A stretch of 35,839 nucleotides of DNA from Synergistaceae bacterium (GCA_017447325.1 JAFSNU010000128.1:1-35839), one strand, 5' to 3'; positions 18,217 to 26,283 are shown, numbered from the stretch's first letter. Notes: generated by a model not told the origin, from the sequence alone. Numbers and translations are program-made.

Positions 18217-18876
18217 ATGGGTAATTTTATTCAGTTCGCAGTTATATTTGTACCTGCAATATTTATTATTTATATTATTATTCAATTTTTCATGCGCCCT
18301 AATTTGAAACAATTATTTGCAGCCGCAGAGCGCAATGACCCTGAAGCTCTATTTCAGTTGTCGCAGTGTTACGCTTCAGGCAACGGAGTAAAACCAGATA
18401 CGCAGAAAATGCTGCAATGCGGTATACGTGCTGCCGAACTCGGTCATCACAAAGCTCAAATAGTACTTGGGCTTATATATAGAGATACAAATGATATACA
18501 GAATGCTGGAAAATGGCTTTGTGAGGCAGCAGAAAAAGAGCTGCACCGTGAAGCTCCTTATAGCGGCGCAATACGAGAGTTCGGGAAACTCTGCTACGAT
18601 TTTGCTAAGAACTACGACGGTAAGATTGACGGGACGTGGCTATTGCAAATTGCTGCATGGCGTTTTAAAGATCCCGAAGCTCAAAACATAGTTGAGCGCA
18701 TAATGGACGAAGATCCATTTATAGTGTTTTCAGTGGGGGTACGGTATCACCTACCAAAAGACTCTGTCGATATATCTAAAATTTCAACTGAAGATATGAT
18801 GCGCGATATGGCAGAGCTCCCTGATGAATATATTACTTCTCCAGAAGATGTTGATGAATTTTTTAAAAATTTATAA
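18217..18876 (+). CDS. Membrane-anchored Sel1-like repeat (SLR/TPR-family) protein
   Basis: N-terminal TM helix FAVIFVPAIFIIYIIIQFF. Sel1-type repeats DPEALFQLSQCYASGNGVKPD and AAELGHHKAQIVLGLIY. Confidence 0.7.
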   Translation: MGNFIQFAVIFVPAIFIIYIIIQFFMRPNLKQLFAAAERNDPEALFQLSQCYASGNGVKPDTQKMLQCGIRAAELGHHKAQIVLGLIYRDTNDIQNAGKWLCEAAEKELHREAPYSGAIREFGKLCYDFAKNYDGKIDGTWLLQIAAWRFKDPEAQNIVERIMDEDPFIVFSVGVRYHLPKDSVDISKISTEDMMRDMAELPDEYITSPEDVDEFFKNL

Positions 18877-18900
18877 TAAAACTAAGGGCGGATAGACACT

Positions 18901-20337
18901 ATGACGGAAATACATAATGATGATGCAACATCGATTATAATCCAGCAACATAAAGATTTGACGGATGCAGAGAAGGAGGCTTACATCAAGCTCTGCAAAC
19001 GTAACATTATCAATCATGTCCAGAGGTCGACAGGTTTTTCCGATATTGACTTTAATAAAGTCGATATTTATACTGAGACCTTTATCTCAGAGGTATATTA
19101 TATAATAGCCATATCTCCAGAGACAGTGAACGTTACAGGACGTTTACCATCTTCCCCCGATCATACTATAGTTGCAGACTCCCAAGAATTCGGAAAAAGC
19201 CTAATTGCTTTAGGTGCAGCTGATTTGCAGAATGAAACATTGAGAAGTCAACTTGAAGAATCACTGCTGAAACATTCCTATGGAGCAATCACGGAACAGG
19301 TAAAAATCTACGAAAATCCTCATGCGTTTCTCTTGCATAACATTTGCCAGAGTTGCGCGGGACATGGAAGCCTGCGATGTGAGCTTTGCGGGGGACGCGG
19401 GGAGTATCAATGCGATAAATGCAAAGGCAGCGGACAGGTAAAATGTCCTTGGTGTCGTTGAACAGGAAGGCATTCTAGTGGAAACATATGTGATGCTTGC
19501 AACGGAAGAGTATACACAACATGCGAAAAATGCCACGGAAGCGGACGACTAACTTGTAATCGTTGCGGGGGCAGCGGCGAACTCCAGTGCACTCATTGTG
19601 ACGGGACGGGTTGGTTCACAACTATAGGCCGTTCTGCTTTAGTTGTTAGTCCTAATTTTTCCACAGTTGCAAGCCAGAGTGCACATGCTTCCTTTCCTGA
19701 CATAATAAGGCGTATTGGCGTCCCCAATTTGTCGAGATATGCCGATGTTTCCTTCTATGACAGCATGACGACACAAGATAATGCGTTACTTGTTCGTTTC
19801 CTTTGTCGTCTGTCTTTTGCCGAAGCGACGGTGAGCATCAAGGGCAAAACAAGCCAATGGTTACTGTCAGGAAAATATGGAACAATTCTCGACGCAGGCG
19901 GTGCGATGGACAACATTCTGGAAGAAACGCTTTCTGATCTGGAAATTAACTACGTTCCTTGGTTAAAACCTTGGGCTGAAGCACGCGCTAAAGTCGCAAA
20001 TTTCATTAGTTTTGACATAAACAGGAAGATTATTGAAAAGAACCTTGAAGAGGACAATCCACAAGCCATACAAAAACTTTTAAACGGCAGCGTGTCGGAT
20101 AAGTACATTTCAGAAACTATTGATAGATTATCAGCTGTGTTCTCGAAAATCAAGGAAAATAATTATGATTTTTTTGCAGTATTTTTTTCTATTTTCCCTA
20201 CTTTTGTAGCTTTCTTACTCCAATCGTTTTACGCCAAACTGTGGCCGCAACATAGGGTTCCGTTCACTATACTTAGCATTTGGAGTGCCATGCTTGTGTG
20301 CTTATCTTATCACTTTCTTTTTAAATGGATGGTATAA
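18901..20337 (+). pseudogene. Protein with eight DnaJ-type CxxCxGxG zinc-finger motifs and a hydrophobic C-terminus, interrupted by one in-frame TGA
   Basis: ORFs 18901-19461 and 19729-20337 share one frame, with a single stop at 19459-19461. The motifs are CQSCAGHG, CELCGGRG, CDKCKGSG, CPWCR*TG, CDACNGRV, CEKCHGSG, CNRCGGSG and CTHCDGTG. The overlapping ORF 20285-20497 may be the original C-terminus after a shift in a T-rich run. Confidence 0.7.
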
Positions 20338-20523
20338 TTCAAAAGAGCGAGAGCTCCTTTTCCGATGGAGCAAGAAAAAGGAACAACTGATGAAAGTTCC
20401 TGATACAGAAAAGACTGTCTTTGAGAGAGTATTTGCTATGACAATATTAGCACCGGGCATCATTTTATATATTTGCTTCTTACTCTATATTCTGTAAAAT
20501 CTGAAGACTAAAAGATTTTTACT

Positions 20524-20552
20524 CCGTAGTTAAAAACTATGGGGTATTTTTT
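20524..20552 (+). terminator. Possible rho-independent terminator
   Basis: CCGTAGTT (20524-20531) pairs with AACTATGG (20535-20542) with one G-U pair, followed by GGTATTTTTT. Confidence 0.4.
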
Positions 20553-20768
20553 ATCTTTAATCAAGGACTATGCCCTTCTTTATTATTATTATCTTGAAAT
20601 AGTTGATCCAGCATAACACTTGTATCTCGATAGCGATCTTCTAAATTGTCCTTGCTGAAAAGATTTAATTATATTTAATAAGTTAAATATATAATATATT
20701 TTATATATTTTTTATTAATTTTTAATGGTTTTATTTATTAAAATATATATATAATATATTTAATTTTT

Positions 20769-21437
20769 TTGTTAATAGACACCGATGCACAATGTAATAG
20801 TACTGGATTTTACGAGGCTAAAACAAAAGGAGAGGCGACTATTTTAGACATATTTTGCGGAGATATGTCGGCCAGCGAGTGCGTTCAGCATACGTGTAAA
20901 GTGGATATTATACCTTCCGATAAATTGCTTGCAGATGCGGAAAATATGGTGAAAGTTGATGAACGTCGATTTACGCACCTGAAACGCTCGTTAAAGTCCG
21001 TTGATAAACTCTATAACTATATCATCATGGACACGCTCCCAGCGATCGGCGTTGCTCTTAAAAATGTTTTAGGCGTAGCTCAATTTGTCATAATTCTTGT
21101 CGAGGAATCAGGTTGTGCTCTTGATGGTCTTATGGATTTTGCAAACGCTCTTGAACTTGCTAAAGATAACAATGACGAGTTGACAGTAGCAGGAATTCTC
21201 ATAGTAAGGGCAAAGGATCGAACAAGAAAATCAAAGAGAATGAGAGAGTTGGCAGATACTATTGCCGAAAAGTTAGGGACAAAACAATTTCAGACGAGAA
21301 TTCGTGAAAGCGTAGTCTTCGCAGAGGCTTTAACTGAATACTATGTACCGCTTTCCGAATATGCACAGAACAGCACGACAAATAAAGACTATAAAGCATT
21401 TGTTGATGAACTCATAGAGGTGATTCGTAATGGCTAA
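20769..21437 (+). pseudogene. parA: ParA/Soj-family partition ATPase lacking the N-terminal Walker A segment
   Basis: Starts at LIDTDAQCNST (the A' motif). Walker B is YIIMDTLPA and the C-terminal half is ParA-like. The roughly 40 aa carrying KGGxGK(T/S) are absent and replaced by pure AT-rich sequence. Confidence 0.7.
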
Positions 21438-21734
21438 AGGGAATTATACGAGTAAAGCGGCTCAGAACGTGGCACAATTCGCAGAAGGAAAATTACAGGA
21501 TACATTATTTATAGCCAAATATGAAAAAAACGCCCTGGGAGGCCTTGTAAGAGCGCATTTCGCAAAATTTCTCTTTCTATACCAGCTGAACTTTACGAGG
21601 GGTTGGAGTTCGGTCCTTTTTTCTTCAAGGGAAACAAGACCGCCTATATTAATAATCTTATTCGCAAGGATTTAGATCGTAACCTTGATAAATACAGGGA
21701 ATTTAAAGCAATGATGATGGAGAATAAAGAATAA
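21430..21734 (+). pseudogene. ParG/RHH-type partition partner with a frameshift at an A7 run
   Basis: MAKGNYTS...AKYEK is in one frame. After AAAAAAA (21524-21530) a second frame reads KRPGRPCKSAFRKISLSIPAELYEGLEFGPFFFKGNKTAYINNLIRKDLDRNL...ENKE and stops at 21732-21734. The ATG overlaps the parA stop. Confidence 0.5.
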
Positions 21735-21812
21735 CAGAGAAATAAATATCTGTTAAAATAAATAGCATAATCTATTGTTTTTAGTTTTCAAGAAAAAGGA
21801 GAAAAGGATCAC

Positions 21813-22088
21813 TTGGACAAAAACATCGCAAAACGCAAAGCAGAATTACGCGAACAATATCCTGATAGTGAGGCAATAGGGAGAGCGACGATTCTGGATT
21901 TAATTAATCACAAAAAATCGGCTGGAGATACACGTCAATATAAAAAAACTATCAAGCCGGATGAAAGGTTGCTTCTGCATGATGTACTCACGGCGAAGGA
22001 CTGGGAAGTTTATAATGGTTATGTCAGGCTGCGCTTGTCTTTCAACATACGTTCAGTCACGGATTTTATCGAATTCTGTATTTCTTAA
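21813..22088 (+). CDS. Hypothetical protein
   Basis: 91-aa ORF with a TTG start after AAAGGAG. No recognisable motif. Confidence 0.4.
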   Translation: MDKNIAKRKAELREQYPDSEAIGRATILDLINHKKSAGDTRQYKKTIKPDERLLLHDVLTAKDWEVYNGYVRLRLSFNIRSVTDFIEFCIS

Positions 22089-22216
22089 ATCCTGCAATAA
22101 TGGGCCTAAGTGCTTAATGTGACAGTACGGATTTAAATTATCAAAATTACAGTAGAAAATGCGAATAACAACTTCTTTTAGTCGAACAAGGACTAAAGAC
22201 TATTTGGTACACCCTC

Positions 22217-22581
22217 GTGTTGGAGCCTTTAAAAGCTATATATCGTTATGACTTTGCCATAGAATTACTGACAAAGCTAAGCGGATTCGATCTTGATCTT
22301 GATGTATTTAGGCCGAACATCACGGAATGCGAAGAAAAAATTAAGGACATGCAGGAAGAAATGATAGTTTTGTATGATATCATACAGGTCTATAAAAAAA
22401 GCAAAGTGAGGATAAAATCGAAATATCGGTCAAAATACCGCGAACACTAAAAGAACTTGGCAACCAGGACTTAGATGAGCTTCAACCTTCGCAGATAGTA
22501 CGCGAAGAATTTAAAGGTTTTATCAACGATGCATCAGGAATTGGCAGTTATATTGTTGATAAGATTTTACAAAGACCGTAG
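22217..22581 (+). pseudogene. Hypothetical gene apparently split by a frameshift at an A7 run
   Basis: ORF 22217-22450 ends in an implausible KSKVRIKSKYRSKYREH tail. After AAAAAAA (22394-22400) the +1 frame reads KQSEDKIEISVKIPRTLKELGNQDLDEL...DKILQRP and stops at 22579-22581. Confidence 0.35.
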
Positions 22582-22761
22582 GTATAACAATTGACAATTA
22601 AAACAAGGACAAACAAATTAGGAAATCTCGAAATGTTATCAATCAGGAGTTAGGGAGAATCAAAAACGCGAGTGAAAACGCTACATCTGATTTGCTTTTT
22701 TTATTATAATATATTTTAAATGGGGCGCAAACTACACGCCCAGCTCAATGTTATTAATAGT

Positions 22762-23271
22762 TTAATGCCGTCCGAACGGAAACTTAATGTACTGCCTCAC
22801 CCTGTTCCGAATAACGGATACAAGCGTCCCAAAGTTTTCTTCGTCATTCATCTCGGCGATTTTAATTGAGCCGTCAAAATCTTCTATTAATACGTCTAAG
22901 CTACAGTTAATCAAATCTTCAATATCCAGCTTAGGATTGTATTCGCTATTTCTTTTAAGACAAACACAGCTATCATTCCTGAGGCGACACCCAAGCCCCC
23001 CAAGCTTTTCACCCAGTGATTTATTTACGTCACACTTTCAGTCGCCCGTAGCAGTCTCCGCACAAAGCAAGCGGTCAAATCCTAACGCTTTAAGCCCCGC
23101 TGTTTCAATCGCTCCGAACGGCACGCCATAACTTTCTTCTTTGATATACAACCCATGCTGTTCTGAGAACTCGCAGAACTTGCTCCTGTCTTCTTCCTTC
23201 AGAATATAACACGGGTCAGTAATAACAACAGCTTCGACATGATACGCTAATCTCGGTGTGCTTTTAAAGAT
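22762..23271 (-). pseudogene. Decayed hypothetical gene with no canonical start and an in-frame TGA
   Basis: The minus-strand frame after AGGAGG reads IFKSTPRLAYHVEAVVITDPCYILKEEDRSKFCEF...ETATGD*KCDVNKSLGEKLGGLGC...DFDGSIKIAEMNDEENFGTLVSVIRNRVRQYIKFPFGRH, ending in TAA. The TGA is at 23038-23040. The only start-like codon after the SD is ATC (23269-23271). Confidence 0.5.
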
Positions 23272-23524
23272 AGAAAAATACCTCCTGAAATTTAATTAGG
23301 TAGATTTTTGAAAGGGTTTTTGTGTGCTGCTCTTTTGAGTATTGATAAATTATACAATAAAAATTTTTATTTATTAAGCTTTGTTTTGTCCCGCAATATT
23401 CTGGCGCAAATAAGCGTTTTTTTGTATTTATTATATGAATGCCTAAGCAATCAAGCGCAATCCTTTTTTATTGCGTACTCTATCTCGGCTGCTGCTAATC
23501 GCTGGGTAATAAGCGTTCCATTTT

Positions 23525-24250
23525 CTATGCTCCGCCGATGTAGCGTGTAAGGAATCTCCTCATGCTGTCCGCCACATTAGGATTATTACCGGCCTCATCT
23601 CGTTTGTACTCGTCTATATTGTAGCATAAAGTCTGCGATATTTCTTCAATGGGTAATTGTGAATACTCCCTAAGCTGCGTTAATGACATTGCGTCAAGTC
23701 TGCTGTTTGGGATAACTCTATCATGCTCTCCGCATTCTATCAGCTTTTGTTTTTGCACGAACTCTTGTACTTTTTCATAGGGGACGTAAACTGCCTTCAT
23801 AACTTCAGGTTCAGCCTTCGGCTCAGGCTTAATCTCGGCCTTGACTATCGGCTTAGGCGCGTCTATTATCTGCGCTTTTTTCGGCTCGTGAGTCGGCTGA
23901 GATTTAATAACTGCGTCGATTATATCAGCCTTCTTCGTCAGCTTACTGCACCCCTTGACGTTGTGCTTGCTTAAAATATCGCACAGTTCTTTGACTGTAA
24001 GCTTGCTCAGCTCATCAGCGTTTGCCGTGTTTGCGTCAACCTCAATCGTAGGCTTGCTCTGCGGTACGGCCATGGTCTCGCCTTTAGCGATTTTCAGTAT
24101 CGCGTCAATAATGTCGGCTTTCTTTGTGAGTTTACTCCGGCCATTGACTTTATAGGAAGTCAAAACTTTCTTCAACTCTGCAACTGTGTGTTTGTTCAGT
24201 GCGTCTTTTGTTAATGATGCGTCGTGAATGTTAATAATGGTGTTAGTTAT
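23525..24250 (-). CDS. Protein with two tandem HeH/SAP (Rho_N-like) motifs and an unknown C-terminal domain
   Basis: Repeated block: TVAELKKVLTSYKVNGRSKLTKKADIIDAILK and TVKELCDILSKHNVKGCSKLTKKADIIDAVIK. The first canonical start (TTG at 24175) truncates repeat 1. The frame is open to ATA (24250) and ATC (24253), which lie 6-9 nt after GGAGG. Confidence 0.6.
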   Translation of the reverse strand: MTNTIINIHDASLTKDALNKHTVAELKKVLTSYKVNGRSKLTKKADIIDAILKIAKGETMAVPQSKPTIEVDANTANADELSKLTVKELCDILSKHNVKGCSKLTKKADIIDAVIKSQPTHEPKKAQIIDAPKPIVKAEIKPEPKAEPEVMKAVYVPYEKVQEFVQKQKLIECGEHDRVIPNSRLDAMSLTQLREYSQLPIEEISQTLCYNIDEYKRDEAGNNPNVADSMRRFLTRYIGGA

Positions 24251-24673
24251 GATAGGATACCTCCAAATGAAATATAAAATTTTGAATGGAAAAACTAAAA
24301 GGGAATTTGCGCTTAGCTATTTTTTGAGCTTATAAATATTGGTGTAACACAAGTTTGAAAATTTATCAAGTCCTTTTAAAAATTTTTCTGCGCTTCTCCT
24401 CGCAACCGCTTTTTTAACTATATATTTATATTATAGCATAAGTTTTTAAATTATTAAGTAAATAATTTTACTGATTAAATTTTTGCCTCGCGGGTGTGCT
24501 GTGTGTTGTGTCGCGTATATAAAAAGTGAAAACTTTTCGGCCAATCCGTTTTTCAACTGTACGCATATATTATAATATAAGTATAAAAATCCGTTAATGC
24601 GTAAATTTATGTATTAATTTTTGCTGTAATTAGTGAGCGTGATCCACGCGCACTCGTATATAAAAATATTATA

Positions 24674-24701
24674 TTGACTTTTATTTTTTTATTTATATAA
24701 T
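24674..24701 (+). promoter_or_regulatory. Sigma70-like promoter for the multi-HTH regulator
   Basis: TTGACT (24674-24679), a 16-nt spacer, then TATAAT (24696-24701). AGGAG SD and ATG at 24755. Confidence 0.5.
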
Positions 24702-24754
24702 ATATACATCTTTTTGAAAGAAAAATCAAGTTGAGAAAAAGGAGACAAATTTTA

Positions 24755-26044
24755 ATGAGCGATAATCAAGAGTTTTATTTAATTAATGCTTTTGCTGATG
24801 CCGTCGGTATCGCTGCCCAGAATTTAAGAAGATTAGACAGGCGCGGGGTTTTTAAGCCTCATCATGTAGATGAAAAAGGTCGCCGTTATTATTCGCGCGA
24901 ACAAATCGCAGAAGTTGAGAAAATAAGAGACAAAATTAATCCGCGCAAAATCACCCCACCTGTTGAACTCCGTGAACGTTTAGGATATGGGCGAAAAGAT
25001 ATAAGCAAAGTTGTCGGCTGCGGGATTGAAAATTATGAAAGAGGAATAACTAATCCTTCGTTAGAATTTATCGAGGATTTAACTAAAATCTATGAAGTCC
25101 CCTTCGCGGAAGTGCAAACTGCTTTTGACGCCGTGCGTAAGCCGTCAACCCGCAAGACGGATTTTGAAAATGCAAAAGCCGAAGTCATGCCTAACAGATG
25201 GGACAAAGAGACAATGACTGAGCCGATGCGTATTCGTAACGAGGCAGGGTTCACGCGTCCGTTTGTCTGCGATTTATTAGATTTAACCGAACACACATTA
25301 TTTGGGTATGAAAAAGGAGATATCCCCGTCACGCTTGAAGTTATCGAGGCGTTGACAAAAATATATGATGTCTCTTTTATAGTTTTGCAAAAGGCCTTTG
25401 ACAGTCTGCGCGATTCGCAAGAGGGCAAGAAAAATTTTAATAATATTATCGCGGTACAAAGTCAAGGCGTGTCAACGCCCGCTGAGCTGCGCTTTCAATC
25501 GAAGTTGACAGCTAATCAAATTAGCGAGGCCTTGGAAATAACGTTGGCTGCATTGACGAGATATGAAAATGGTTCTTGGCCTGTCCCCTTAAAAGTTGCA
25601 GAAGATATGGCAGCTTTATATAACATATCGATTAATGAAATAAGAAAAATATTCGCGCCTCTCAGTAAGATGCCGGAATTAGAAGATGTGAAATATCTTG
25701 ACAGGGTAAGCATTTGGGAGAAGAGCATTACTCAGCCCATGGCTTTACGTCAAAGAATAGGTTTTTCCCGCCAGCAAGTTTATAAATTTATTGGCGTCGG
25801 ACACGCAGCCCTTACGCGTTATGAAAAAGGCGAGAGCGAGATACCTTTAGATGTTGCGGAAGATTTAGCAAAATTATATAATGTTACTATAGATGAGATA
25901 AGAAAAGTTTTCGCGTCTGTCCGTCGGCCTCGTCAACGTAAGCCGAATTTTGATTTATTAACAAATATCCGCCGGAAAGATTTTAAAAAATTAACGGAGG
26001 AGTTTCGGCAAAAATACAAACAAACGACAAACAATGATTTTTAA
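24755..26044 (+). CDS. Multi-HTH DNA-binding protein: an N-terminal MerR-type HTH plus four tandem XRE-like HTH repeats
   Basis: The MerR-like N-terminus is YLINAFADAVGIAAQNLRRLDRRGVFKP...GRRYYSREQI. Four repeats of about 85-90 aa follow the pattern (E/A)LR...G(F/Y)(S/T)R...(L/I)...YE(K/R/N)G...P(S/V/L)...(I/A)E(D/A)L(T/A)K(I/L)Y(E/D/N)V...E(V/I)(Q/R)K(A/V/I)F. The track start (TTG at 24731) is probably too early; the ATG at 24755 follows AGGAG. Confidence 0.75.
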   Translation: MSDNQEFYLINAFADAVGIAAQNLRRLDRRGVFKPHHVDEKGRRYYSREQIAEVEKIRDKINPRKITPPVELRERLGYGRKDISKVVGCGIENYERGITNPSLEFIEDLTKIYEVPFAEVQTAFDAVRKPSTRKTDFENAKAEVMPNRWDKETMTEPMRIRNEAGFTRPFVCDLLDLTEHTLFGYEKGDIPVTLEVIEALTKIYDVSFIVLQKAFDSLRDSQEGKKNFNNIIAVQSQGVSTPAELRFQSKLTANQISEALEITLAALTRYENGSWPVPLKVAEDMAALYNISINEIRKIFAPLSKMPELEDVKYLDRVSIWEKSITQPMALRQRIGFSRQQVYKFIGVGHAALTRYEKGESEIPLDVAEDLAKLYNVTIDEIRKVFASVRRPRQRKPNFDLLTNIRRKDFKKLTEEFRQKYKQTTNNDF

Positions 26045-26207
26045 ATTATATAAAATTATATAAAAGATAAAACCCCGTATGCTTTACTGTAGGCCTAAAA
26101 ATTCTTTAATATTACAAATCCTTTATTATTGGGATTGACAAAATCATTTGGTACCCGTTGGGACCATACCATAGCTTTATAAAATTTAAATTAAAACATA
26201 AAATTAC

Positions 26208-26240
26208 AAAACACCCTGAGAATAGGTGTTTTTATTTTAT
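26208..26240 (+). terminator. Rho-independent terminator candidate
   Basis: AAAACACC (26208-26215) pairs with GGTGTTTT (26225-26232) around a 9-nt loop, followed by a T-rich tail. Confidence 0.5.
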
Positions 26241-26283
26241 AATTTACAAGATTAACGTCATAAAATTTATTTAATTCAACAAA

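Larger units (their letters stand above)
1..26044. mobile_element. Accessory island, probably the remnant of an integrated conjugative plasmid/ICE-like element. The left end lies beyond the window; the right end lies somewhere in 26045-26446.
   Basis: Content is ArdC, DpnD/PcfM-like, a MTase-helicase, ParA/RHH, a phage exonuclease module and many pseudogenes. Flagellar and housekeeping genes begin at 26447. No integrase, att site or tRNA is visible, so the boundaries are not defined. Confidence 0.55.

Noticed and set aside
14525-19461. Treating the in-frame TGA codons as evidence that this organism or element currently decodes TGA as glycine (translation table 25), so that these genes would be intact.
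   Set aside because: TGA sits at the natural ends of tsaE (33776-33778) and of the DpnD-like gene (13591-13593). The same genes also carry frameshifts, deletions and Gly-to-Val changes. Neighbouring genes carry TAG and TAA lesions. Mutational decay explains everything. A donor-code origin is kept only as a minor alternative in the findings.
19261-19592. Minus-strand Cys/His-rich ORFs (19261-19536, 19407-19592).
   Set aside because: They are reverse-complement shadows of the repetitive CxxCxGxG coding region.
22787-23131. 114-aa plus-strand ORF from the track.
   Set aside because: It is Ser/Leu/Pro-rich with no motif or SD. The opposite strand carries a clearly protein-like, though decayed, frame with an AGGAGG SD (22762-23271).
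1900-24720. Recurrent TATATAATATA-type AT-rich blocks, considered as a CRISPR array, integron attC sites or IS inverted repeats.
   Set aside because: They have no regular repeat-spacer periodicity, no attC-like imperfect palindromes with conserved R/L boxes, and no transposase or integrase gene in any frame. They are best explained as -10-rich promoter and spacer DNA. Similar boxes also occur in the core part, for example near 32080.
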